Part shown: one piece after another, positions 31,779-39,947 of the stretch
Layout of the letters: each line of letters starts with the position of its first letter
Numbering within the stretch: position 1 is the stretch's first letter
Assembly (NCBI GenBank): GCA_038231135.1
Contig: JBBRLX010000009.1
Span: 32,001 to 96,000, forward strand
Direction of reading: 5' to 3'
From: Candidatus Eiseniibacteriota bacterium
GTDB lineage: Bacteria; Eisenbacteria; RBG-16-71-46
DNA: 64,000 nucleotides
Program-made: the position numbers and the translations under genes
The notes under the pieces: generated by a model
Databases searched by the model: none
Seen by the model: only the letters and a program-made list of their open reading frames with translations
What the model was told of the DNA's origin: nothing

Positions 31779-32759
31779 TCAGGTATAGAGCTCGCCCATC
31801 GTCACGCGCTGCGGCTTGCGCACGTGCACGTAGGCGGAATTCGCGGCCACGCAGCCCTCGCTCGACGCCGTGAGCAGCAGCTTGTACTTGCCATCGTAGG
31901 TCACGATGTCGCCGCACGCGAACACGCCCGTCAGCGAGGTGGTCATGTTGCCGCCGACCTTGATCTGGCTGCCTTCGATCTCGATCCCCCAGCTCTTCAC
32001 CGCGTCGAGGTTCACCGCGGCCCCGATGTTGACCACCAGGTAGTCGGTCTCGATCCGCAGCGGCTCGGGAACGCCCTTCGTCTGGGCGATCACCGCGGCG
32101 ATCCGCCCGCCGGCCAGCTCCAGCGACTTCACGCGGGTATTGAAGTGCCGTGGGATCTCCAGTTGATTCACGAGGTCGATGTTCGTCTCCATTCCCGTGA
32201 AACGGTCGAGCACCTGCAGCATGACGACCTTGCCGCCCGCCTGCCGGGCGCTGTGCGCCGCCTCGAGCCCCGAGTCGCCGCCGCCGACGATCACCACGCG
32301 CCGGCCCGGCACCCTGGCACGATCCGGCATGCGGTAGGTGAGCGAGTCCTCGTCGAGCGTGTCCTCGCCCGGCACCTTGAGCCGGCGCGGCTCGAACGCC
32401 CCGCCGCCGATCGCCACGATCACCGCCTGCGCGGGATGCCGGGCGGGGGAGTTCGTCAGCACGTCGTGGCCGAGCACCTCGTAGCCTTCGCCCGCGCGTT
32501 CGAGCCCCGTGACTTTGAAGCCGCCGGTCATCTCGACACCCAGCTCGACCGCGTGATCGATCAGATGCTGCGCCAGGTCGTTCGCGATGATGTTCGTGTA
32601 TCCCGGCCAGTCGTGCACCGGCTTGTCGCCGTACAGCGACACGAGCTGCCCGCCGACGCGGCCCGCGTCGAGCACCAGGACCGACAGCTTGCGCATGCGG
32701 CAGTACATGCCAGCGGTGAGCCCCGCGGGCCCACCCCCGATGATCACGACGTCGTGCAG
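31779..32759 (-). CDS. TrxR-fold FAD oxidoreductase, likely ferredoxin:NADP(H) reductase (YumC-type); start is CTG 32759 or GTG 32747
   Basis: IIGGGPAG, GGQL..LY.DK.V.D.PG, VGGGDSG, GVFACGD..Y.GK.KL; lacks the TrxR CxxC. Confidence 0.85.
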   Translation of the reverse strand: MHDVVIIGGGPAGLTAGMYCRMRKLSVLVLDAGRVGGQLVSLYGDKPVHDWPGYTNIIANDLAQHLIDHAVELGVEMTGGFKVTGLERAGEGYEVLGHDVLTNSPARHPAQAVIVAIGGGAFEPRRLKVPGEDTLDEDSLTYRMPDRARVPGRRVVIVGGGDSGLEAAHSARQAGGKVVMLQVLDRFTGMETNIDLVNQLEIPRHFNTRVKSLELAGGRIAAVIAQTKGVPEPLRIETDYLVVNIGAAVNLDAVKSWGIEIEGSQIKVGGNMTTSLTGVFACGDIVTYDGKYKLLLTASSEGCVAANSAYVHVRKPQRVTMGELYT

Positions 32760-32843
32760 AAGACCTCCGCGCGGAAGGAAGATGACCGGGATCGAAGGTA
32801 GTGCCTCGAAACGATACGTGAAAGCCCTCGCGGTCGCGCCGCC

Positions 32844-33566
32844 CTACACCCTCGCGCCGAACAGATGCCCGATCCACGCGGTGCACGCCATGGCCACCGC
32901 ACCCCAGAACGCGACGCGCACCGCTCCGCGCGTCATCGGCGCCCCGCCCAGCCGGGCCGCGAGCGCGCCCAGCAGCGCGAGCAGCACCAGCGAGCTGCCC
33001 GCCACGGCCCAGGTCACGCTGGACAGCGGCAACAGCAGCACGATGAGCAGGGGCAGTGCCGCGCCGGACGCGAACGCGGCGGCCGAGGCAAACGCCGCCT
33101 GGGTCGGACGGGCGCGCGTCGCATCCGACATGCCCAGCTCGTCGCGGGCATGTGCGGCCAGGGCGTCGTTCGCCATGAGCTGGTCCGCGACCTGGGCAGC
33201 GAGCTCGGGCGTGAGGCCGCGCGCGACATAGATGTCGGCGAGCTCCTGGTTCTCGGACTCGGGCGAGGCCGCCAGCTCGCGGCGCTCGAGGGCCAGGTCG
33301 GCCTTCTCGGTGTCGGCCTGCGAGCTGACCGAGACGTATTCGCCCGCCGCCATCGACAGGGCGCCCGCGACGAGTCCGGCGAGCGCGGCCAGCAGCACGG
33401 GGTCACGCGACGTCTGCGCGGCGGCGACGCCCACCACGAGACTGCTCGTGGAGATCAGCCCGTCATTGGCGCCGAGCACGGCCGCGCGCATCCAGCCAAT
33501 GTTGTTCGTGCGATGCTTTTCGGAGTAGGGCATGGGAGCCATGGGTTGGGGCCGGGGCACGGTCAT
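32844..33566 (-). CDS. VIT1/CCC1 family Fe/Mn transporter (start may be 33533/33542)
   Basis: RAAVLGANDG, AGALSMAAGEYVSVSSQ, HARDELG. Confidence 0.93.
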   Translation of the reverse strand: MTVPRPQPMAPMPYSEKHRTNNIGWMRAAVLGANDGLISTSSLVVGVAAAQTSRDPVLLAALAGLVAGALSMAAGEYVSVSSQADTEKADLALERRELAASPESENQELADIYVARGLTPELAAQVADQLMANDALAAHARDELGMSDATRARPTQAAFASAAAFASGAALPLLIVLLLPLSSVTWAVAGSSLVLLALLGALAARLGGAPMTRGAVRVAFWGAVAMACTAWIGHLFGARV

Positions 33567-33883
33567 TCGCCGTACATCTCGGTAATGATTCGGCGCAGGG
33601 CAGCGGATTCGTCTTTACTCAGGGAACCGATCCTGTCACCGAGCCGCAACTTGCTCACCGTTCGGATTTGATCGACGGCGATTTCCGCTGGTCGGCCACC
33701 GCAACGCACCCGCAATCGAGAGCGCCAGGCCGGGTGTAACTCACTCGTCAGCGGGCATACCGTGACCGTTTGCAGGCGTTGGTTCAATGTGTCCAGGCTG
33801 ACGATCACCGCCGGGCGGGTCTTTGCCATTTCGGAACCGCGAATCGGATCCAGGACCGCCCAACGAATATCGTATCGCTTCAT
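33563..33883 (-). CDS. Type II TA toxin, PemK/MazF family endoribonuclease
   Basis: LDPIRGSEMAKTRPAVIVS...VCPLTS...DQIRTVSK.RL. Confidence 0.93.
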   Translation of the reverse strand: MKRYDIRWAVLDPIRGSEMAKTRPAVIVSLDTLNQRLQTVTVCPLTSELHPAWRSRLRVRCGGRPAEIAVDQIRTVSKLRLGDRIGSLSKDESAALRRIITEMYGE

Positions 33884-34215
33884 CGCCGTTTGGCCCGGAG
33901 ACGCTTGGCGCCATAGCGGGCCGGCCGCTCCGCGACCCGGTCCTTCTTGTCGATCTGCCAGGGCAGGTCATCCATCCCATCGCCTGCCGTCTTGTCCCAC
34001 GCGCTCCAGTCCTCGTGACTTGCGGCCATTTCGCGTGCCGTGTCCTCCCACGACAACTTTTCCACGGCCACCGCGGTCGGCCTGAGCAGGATCCCCTCCG
34101 CTCTCTCTTCCATCACGACGGTCTCGCCGATTCGGTAGCGTCGCAATGTCGCGGCTGGCAGGCGTACTCCGCGCGAATTGCCGATTCGCGCAACCTTCAG
34201 CTTCGAAGTCTTCAT
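33880..34215 (-). CDS. AbrB/MazE-family antitoxin
   Basis: KVARIGNSRGVRLP...GILLRP; ATGA overlap with the toxin gene. Confidence 0.92.
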   Translation of the reverse strand: MKTSKLKVARIGNSRGVRLPAATLRRYRIGETVVMEERAEGILLRPTAVAVEKLSWEDTAREMAASHEDWSAWDKTAGDGMDDLPWQIDKKDRVAERPARYGAKRLRAKRR

Positions 34216-34250
34216 GTAATAACAGTAATAACATTTGGCGCATCTTGCAA
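34216..34250 (-). promoter_or_regulatory. TA promoter/operator: sigma70 promoter overlapped by tandem TGTTATTAC repeats
   Basis: TTGCAA-17 nt-TACTGT-6 nt-ATG; (TGTTATTAC)x2 at 34216-34233. Confidence 0.7.
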
Positions 34251-34378
34251 GCGTCGAACGGCTGGTCAGAATCCTGCGCGACGGCCGTTGTGCTGACATG
34301 CTGGCAGCAACTGGCCGGGCGCCCCCAGGCCCCACGCCCGCTTGACCCCCGCTCCCGCGCCGTTCTAGCGTTCCGTGC

Positions 34379-35137
34379 ATGGTGACCCGCAGCGAATTCC
34401 GCATCGAACCGTCGGCCGAGCTTCTGGCCGCCACTCGCACGTGGCTCGGGCAGGTGCGGCCGGCGCTGGGCCCGGAGTTCGTGGCCGCCTACCTCACGGG
34501 CAGCGTGCTCATGGACGGGTTCGACGCCCGGAAGTCGCGCATCAACGTGCTCGTGGTGTCGCGCACGCTGACCGGCGCGATCCTCCACGCCATCGCGCGC
34601 GCGCTGCCGCCCGGGTCGAAATCGGGCCCGCACTTCGATCCGCTGTTCCTGACGCGCTCGAACGTCGAGAAGTCGCTCGATTCGTTCCCGATCGAATGGC
34701 TCGACATCCAGGAGCGCCACCTGCTGCTCGAGGGCGACGATGTCGTCGCCGGTCTCAAGGTGACGCAGAACTACCTGCGGCTGCAGTGCGAGCACGAGCT
34801 GCGGGGCAAGTTCATCCAGCTCCGCCAGGCGTATCTCCAGCACCACAACCGGCCGGCCGAACTCGAGCGCACGCTGGCGACGGCGGCGAGCGGGTTCGCG
34901 GCGCTGTTCCGCACGCTGCTGCGGCTGCGCGGCGAGACGGTGCCGGCAACGTCCGCGCAGGTGGTCGAGCGGGTGTCGGACGTGTTCGGACTCGAACCCG
35001 AGGCGCTGATCGGCGCCCACGTCACGCGCTACGGCGGGCGCAAGCAATCGGCTGCGGAGGTGTCGGCGCTCTACGTCCAGTTCCTCGACACGCTCGATCG
35101 CCTGATCACCGCCATCGACACGCTGCGCGTTCCATGA
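34379..35137 (+). CDS. Nucleotidyltransferase-fold protein (degenerate active site)
   Basis: AAYLTGS...SRINVLVV; DSFPIEWLDI; LRLQCEHELRGK; upstream of TPM and LemA. Confidence 0.75.
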   Translation: MVTRSEFRIEPSAELLAATRTWLGQVRPALGPEFVAAYLTGSVLMDGFDARKSRINVLVVSRTLTGAILHAIARALPPGSKSGPHFDPLFLTRSNVEKSLDSFPIEWLDIQERHLLLEGDDVVAGLKVTQNYLRLQCEHELRGKFIQLRQAYLQHHNRPAELERTLATAASGFAALFRTLLRLRGETVPATSAQVVERVSDVFGLEPEALIGAHVTRYGGRKQSAAEVSALYVQFLDTLDRLITAIDTLRVP

Positions 35138-35997
35138 GACTAAGGGGCGCACTGCGCCTCGCCCTCGCCGTCGTCGCGGCCGCCACGCTGCTCGTCGCGC
35201 CGCGCGCCGGCGCCCAGGCGGGGCCCGAATCCACAGCCACCACCACGGCCCCCGCCACGCCCGGCGGGCTCGCGCCGATTCCGGCGTACGCGGGCTACGT
35301 CAACGATCGCGCGAACGTGCTCGACGCGGACACCCGCGCGAAGCTCGAAGCGTTCCTTGACCAGCTCCAGAAGAAGACCGGCGCCCAATTCGCGATCCTC
35401 ACCGTGCCCACCACGGCGCCCGAAGATCCCAGCGCGTACAAGGTGCGGGTGTTCCAGGCGTGGAAGATCGGCAAGAAGGGCGACGACAACGGGCTGCTGA
35501 TGCTGCTCTCGGCCCAGGAGCACGCCTTGAGGTTCGAGACCGGCTACGGGCTCGAGGGCACACTGCCGGACGGCCTCGAGTCCCGCATTTTCCGTACGGT
35601 GATGGCGCCGAAGTTCCGCGCCCAGGATTTCGCGGGCGGCATCACCGATGGCGTGCTGGCCTGCGCGCAGCGCATCGCCGCCGAGAAGGGCGTTACGCTG
35701 GAGTGGAACGGCGCCGAGTTGCGCTACTCGATGCCGCAGCCGAGGACTGGCGGCCTGATCCCCGCACTGCTGGTGTTCGGCATCATCATCGTGCTCGTGA
35801 TCGTGATGAGCGGCGGCCGGGGCGGCCCCGGGGGCCGCGGCGGATATGGCCCGGGCTGGGGCACCCTCATGGGTCTCGGCGGCATGGGTGGCGGGTTCGG
35901 CGGCGGCGGCGGGGGTGGCTTCGGGGGCGGGGGCGGCGGGTTCGGCGGGTTTGGCGGCGGCAGCAGTGGCGGTGGCGGCGGTGGCGGAAACTGGTAA
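35134..35997 (+). CDS. TPM-domain (YgcG-like) protein with Gly-rich C-terminus
   Basis: YVNDRANVL, WKIGKKGDDNGLL, ETGYGLEGTLPDG, TM helix, GGFGGGSSGGGGGGGNW. Confidence 0.92.
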   Translation: MRLRGALRLALAVVAAATLLVAPRAGAQAGPESTATTTAPATPGGLAPIPAYAGYVNDRANVLDADTRAKLEAFLDQLQKKTGAQFAILTVPTTAPEDPSAYKVRVFQAWKIGKKGDDNGLLMLLSAQEHALRFETGYGLEGTLPDGLESRIFRTVMAPKFRAQDFAGGITDGVLACAQRIAAEKGVTLEWNGAELRYSMPQPRTGGLIPALLVFGIIIVLVIVMSGGRGGPGGRGGYGPGWGTLMGLGGMGGGFGGGGGGGFGGGGGGFGGFGGGSSGGGGGGGNW

Positions 35998-36098
35998 TGT
36001 CCCCGGCCGGTTTGAAGACTGGCTGGTCCTGATACGAGGTCGGCGCACATCGCGCCATGACCTGGAGTCCACGTGCGAACGCACGAAAGGAGCAATCG

Positions 36099-36701
36099 AT
36101 GAAACGCGGTCCCCTCATCATCCTTGCGGTGGTTGCGGTGCTGCTCGTGATGGTCGGCGGCTGTCTGGTGGGCAACTACAACGGGCTCGTGACCAATCGT
36201 GAGGCCGTGAATCAGAAGTGGGCACAGGTGGACAACCAGCTCAAGCGCCGGAACGACCTCATCGGGAGCCTCGTCGAGACCGTGAAAGGCACGGCGATCC
36301 AGGAGCAGGAAGTTTTCGGTCAGATCGCGAACGCGCGGGCGCAGATGGCGGGCGCCCGGACGCCGGCGCAGGGCGTGCAGGCAGGTCAGGCGATGGACTC
36401 GGCGCTCGGCCGGCTGCTGGTGGTGGTCGAGAACTATCCGCAGCTCAAGAGCAACGAGGCGTTCGTGCAGCTCATGGACGAGATCGCAGGCACCGAGAAC
36501 CGGCTCGCCACCGAACGCATGCGCTACAACGAGGAAGTCCAGGGCTACAACGTGCTGGTGAAGCGTTTTCCCACCAGCCTGTATGCGGCGGCGTTCAACT
36601 TCCAGCCGGCGATCTACTATCCGGTGCCCGAGCAGGACAAGGCGGCGCCCAAGGTGGACTTCGGATCGCTGCGGCGCGACAGCGCACAGACCGCACACTG
36701 A
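36099..36701 (+). CDS. lemA: LemA family protein
   Basis: YNGLV...WAQVDNQLKRRNDLI..LVETVKG, ENYPQLKSN, GTENR...R.RYN, FPTS; AAGGAG RBS. Confidence 0.95.
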   Translation: MKRGPLIILAVVAVLLVMVGGCLVGNYNGLVTNREAVNQKWAQVDNQLKRRNDLIGSLVETVKGTAIQEQEVFGQIANARAQMAGARTPAQGVQAGQAMDSALGRLLVVVENYPQLKSNEAFVQLMDEIAGTENRLATERMRYNEEVQGYNVLVKRFPTSLYAAAFNFQPAIYYPVPEQDKAAPKVDFGSLRRDSAQTAH

Positions 36702-36751
36702 GCTGAGCGGGCGGCGCGGCGCGCGGTTCGCGTGCCGCGCTCGGACACACA

Positions 36752-36783
36752 CGAGGCCGGGTTCCCTTCGGAGCCCGGCCTCG
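36752..36783. terminator. GC-rich hairpin between convergent genes (likely bidirectional terminator)
   Basis: CGAGGCCGGG-TTCCCTTCGGAG-CCCGGCCTCG. Confidence 0.65.
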
Positions 36784-36810
36784 ATGTTCGAACGGTCGCG
36801 CGGCAGGGCG

Positions 36811-38295
36811 TTAGAAACTCACGTCCTCGGGGGCCGCCTCGAGCGCCTCGTCCACGGCGCGGCGCAGCGCGTGCACCAGCGACGCCCGGTCGCTGCGGAC
36901 CCTCGCCACGGCCTGCGCGGGCCCGACGCCCTGCTCGCGAGCTTCCGCGAGCTGCCAGCCGAGCCCGATCAGCTCGCGCGTGGCGGTGAAGTCGGCGGCG
37001 AATTCCCGGCCGGCGCCAGCGGGTTCGTTCGCGGACTCGTGCTCCGGACCGGCGTCGCCCGCCGGCACGGCACCGGCGACGATGCGCGCGAACTCGGCGA
37101 CGAACCGGGTGGCGTCGAGCGCGATCGTACGCCGCAGCAGCTCCGCTCCCGCCGGCGTGGCGGCGGCGCGTCCGATGCGAACCCCGAGCCGCACCATCGA
37201 CTCCGCGGTCGGCGCCAGCGGCACGAAGCCCGCAGCGCGCGCCAGCAGCTCGGCGGCTTCGATGCGGGCGGTCCCCGGCTCGCCGAACGCCAGCTCCACG
37301 GTCTCGATCGCGCGCACGCGGTCGGCGCGGGCGTTCGAGATCGCGATCGCGCCGAGCCCGCACAATGCTTCGAGCGATTCGAATACAGCGCGCGACGGCG
37401 TGCCGCCGCGTGGCTCCTCGAGCGCGATCAGCGCCTCGAGGCCGTGTTCGCTGCGGATCGGCACCAGCAGGTCCATGCGCGCCGCCGCGAACACGCGCAG
37501 CGCGGGCTCGAGTTCGGGCAGGTGTTCGAGGGCGTGGCGGTAGACCGGCCGCCCGAGTCCGGCGAGGAACGTCGCCAGCTCGCCGCCGCCCGGCACCACG
37601 AGGCGCGCGCCGCGGTCGAACAGGTCGCCGCGCACCGACCACGGCGCGAGCTGGCCGCCGTCGCGCAGCAGCAACACGATGGCGGGAGTGTCGATCTGGG
37701 CCTGCACGCCGCGCAGCAGCCGGCGAGCGAGTTCGTCGAGGTCGCGCGTGCGATGCAGCTCGGCACCGATTCCGAATGCCAGGTCGCGCAGCTGCTGCGC
37801 GCGTCCGGCCGCGAGGTGGCTGCGGCGTGATTCCTCGTTCACGCGCGACAGATCGCGCTCGATCGTGCCGATCTGGTCGCGGGCCTGGCGCAGCGCCTGG
37901 GTGCGCGCCAGCAGCCGCTTCACGCGCGCCAGCAGCTCGCGCGGCGAGAACGGCTTCACCAGGTAGTCGTCGGCGCCACGGGCGAACGCCACGATGCGCG
38001 TCTCGTTCTCGGCGGCGGCCGACACCAGGATGATCGGCACCTCGCCGCCGGCGGGATCCGCACGCAGCGCCTCGCACACCTCGAGCCCGCTGCGCTTCGG
38101 CAGCCGCACGTCGAGCACCACCAGGTCCGGCCGCTCGTGGAGCGCCTTGCGGATGCCGTCCTCGCCATCGACCGCGGTGATGACGCGGTAGCCATGGGCG
38201 GTGAACGCGATCTCGAGCAGCTCGCGAACCCGGCGGTCGTCGTCGATCACCAGGATCAGCTCTTCCGCGGTGACGCGCGGCATCGGCAGGGTCAT
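36811..38295 (-). CDS. Response regulator: intact REC + coiled coil + GAF-like + degenerate HD-GYP-like C-terminus
   Basis: IDDD...LVVLDVRLP...ILVS...DYLVKPF; DLDELARRLL...DLLVPI (GAF-like); helical C-terminus with no HD or GYP. Confidence 0.85.
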   Translation of the reverse strand: MTLPMPRVTAEELILVIDDDRRVRELLEIAFTAHGYRVITAVDGEDGIRKALHERPDLVVLDVRLPKRSGLEVCEALRADPAGGEVPIILVSAAAENETRIVAFARGADDYLVKPFSPRELLARVKRLLARTQALRQARDQIGTIERDLSRVNEESRRSHLAAGRAQQLRDLAFGIGAELHRTRDLDELARRLLRGVQAQIDTPAIVLLLRDGGQLAPWSVRGDLFDRGARLVVPGGGELATFLAGLGRPVYRHALEHLPELEPALRVFAAARMDLLVPIRSEHGLEALIALEEPRGGTPSRAVFESLEALCGLGAIAISNARADRVRAIETVELAFGEPGTARIEAAELLARAAGFVPLAPTAESMVRLGVRIGRAAATPAGAELLRRTIALDATRFVAEFARIVAGAVPAGDAGPEHESANEPAGAGREFAADFTATRELIGLGWQLAEAREQGVGPAQAVARVRSDRASLVHALRRAVDEALEAAPEDVSF

Positions 38296-39947
38296 TCGGA
38301 CTCCGGCGACAGGTCCAGCTGGTCCAGCAGCCGCTCGACGGCGGCCCGGCCCCAGGGCTTGCGCAACGTATGGACGATTCCGCCCTCGATCGCGGCGGCT
38401 TCGTCGATGCCGTCCCGGACGAGTGCCACCACGTCGGCGTCCCAGTCCGGCCCGTGCGCGGCCGCGCGCACCGAGGCCAGCCAGTCGGCGCCGCGCGCAT
38501 CCGGCAGCTCGGCGTCGACGCATACCAGCGCCCAGGGTCCGAGCTCGAGCGCGTCGGCGAGTTCCCGCGCGGTGCTCACGGCATGGACGTCGAGCAACTG
38601 GTCCTGGAGCAGCCTCACGAGTCCGAGCCGCGCCGAGATCGAGTCCTCGGCGATCAGCGCGCGCAACGCGAGCGGCGAGACCCGCGCGGGATCGACGAAC
38701 GGCAGCTCCTCACCGTCGAACGGGGCGACGTCGCGGGCGAACCCGGGTTCCGGCGCCGCCAGTACGGCGACGGCCGGCGCGGCGGCGGAATCCCGACCGC
38801 GGGCATGCGACGGTGACGGGATCGTGCGCGAGTCGTCGGCCGCCGGAGCGGACCGCGACTCCCGTTCGACCGGGCGGGGCTCGGCGGGCGCCGGTTCGAC
38901 CGTGAGCGGCTCGACCGCGTCGAGCAGCACCGCCGGGTCGGCCACGCGATAGACGGTGCCGTCATCGGTGCGCACCGTCCGGATCAGGCGCGGCGCGCGC
39001 GGATCGGGGCCGGTCTCGCACGGCTCGGCCGGCAGCCGCCACACCAGCCGGTCGGCCACGAAGTACGCCCGCTTCACGCCGTGCGCGACCAGCACCACCG
39101 GATATTCGGCGGCGCCGGTTTCGAGCGGCACGAGCGGGGCCAGCAGCGGCAGGCCCAGCGACATCACGCCCGCGTCGAACTCCGCACGCGGCGTCATGCA
39201 CAGCCGCAGCACGGCGTGCCACGGCAGCGCGAGCTCGAGGCCGTTCTGCGACACCATGAGATAGGTGGCGCGCGAGGTGGCGATGGGTACGCGCAGCATC
39301 CACGCCCCGCCCGCCGGGGCCACGCCCGCGGCCCGTCCGGTCGTGGCCACCGGACCGAGATTGCCGCCGATCGCCGCGATCACCTTGGCGGCGGCGGCGA
39401 CGCCGCCGATGTTCACGCGCGGCAGCGCGACTTCGAGCGCGGAATCCTCGGCACGGAGCCGGATGTGGCTGGGGTCCGCCATACCGTCACCGAGCCAGTC
39501 GAGCGCGGCGCGGAGCGCCGCGGCGACCTGCGCCGTGAGCCGGACGCGCGCCGCGGTCGCGCGCGACGCATCGTCGGCGAGCGGCAGGTCGTCAAGCGCC
39601 TCCAGGGCGGTGAGCGTGCCTTCGAACGACATGCGGGCTTCGCCTTCGATCACCTCGCCGCATTCGACCGCGAGCTTCGCGAGCTCGGTGTCGGCGGTCA
39701 TGAACGGCGCCAGGCTCGCCTCGGCGATGGCCAGGTCGCACAGCGCGCGCAACCGGCGGACGATCGCATCCGTCCGGGGGTCGCCGGGACGGCACACGTC
39801 GAGCGCGCGGTCGAGGCCGTCGAGCCCCAGCACCTGCGCCACGTCCCGCGCCGCGGGCAGCCCGTCGCCTTCAAGTGGGGCATCGAGCGCTCCGCGCACG
39901 GCTCCGGTCAGGGCCTGCACGATTTCGTTCGGCACCGGCGTCGTCAT
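38292..39947 (-). CDS. Degenerate CheA-like protein (Hpt-like/HATPase-like remnants, CheW-like, C-terminal REC)
   Basis: VIAAIGGNL...GAWMLRVPIATSRATYLMVSQNGLELALPWHAV parallels the CheA P4-P5 junction; REC LIAEDS...VCVDAELP...RKPW. Confidence 0.7.
   Translation of the reverse strand: MTTPVPNEIVQALTGAVRGALDAPLEGDGLPAARDVAQVLGLDGLDRALDVCRPGDPRTDAIVRRLRALCDLAIAEASLAPFMTADTELAKLAVECGEVIEGEARMSFEGTLTALEALDDLPLADDASRATAARVRLTAQVAAALRAALDWLGDGMADPSHIRLRAEDSALEVALPRVNIGGVAAAAKVIAAIGGNLGPVATTGRAAGVAPAGGAWMLRVPIATSRATYLMVSQNGLELALPWHAVLRLCMTPRAEFDAGVMSLGLPLLAPLVPLETGAAEYPVVLVAHGVKRAYFVADRLVWRLPAEPCETGPDPRAPRLIRTVRTDDGTVYRVADPAVLLDAVEPLTVEPAPAEPRPVERESRSAPAADDSRTIPSPSHARGRDSAAAPAVAVLAAPEPGFARDVAPFDGEELPFVDPARVSPLALRALIAEDSISARLGLVRLLQDQLLDVHAVSTARELADALELGPWALVCVDAELPDARGADWLASVRAAAHGPDWDADVVALVRDGIDEAAAIEGGIVHTLRKPWGRAAVERLLDQLDLSPESE

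Noticed and set aside
31779..32759. Thioredoxin reductase trxB
   Set aside because: No redox-active CxxC; the motifs fit the FNR-type subfamily.
33563..34260. Mobile element or prophage around the TA module
   Set aside because: No integrase, transposase, terminal repeats or att-like duplications were seen.
35810..35990. GGC-rich low-complexity repeat
   Set aside because: It encodes the usual Gly-rich tail of TPM-domain proteins, not a DNA repeat element.
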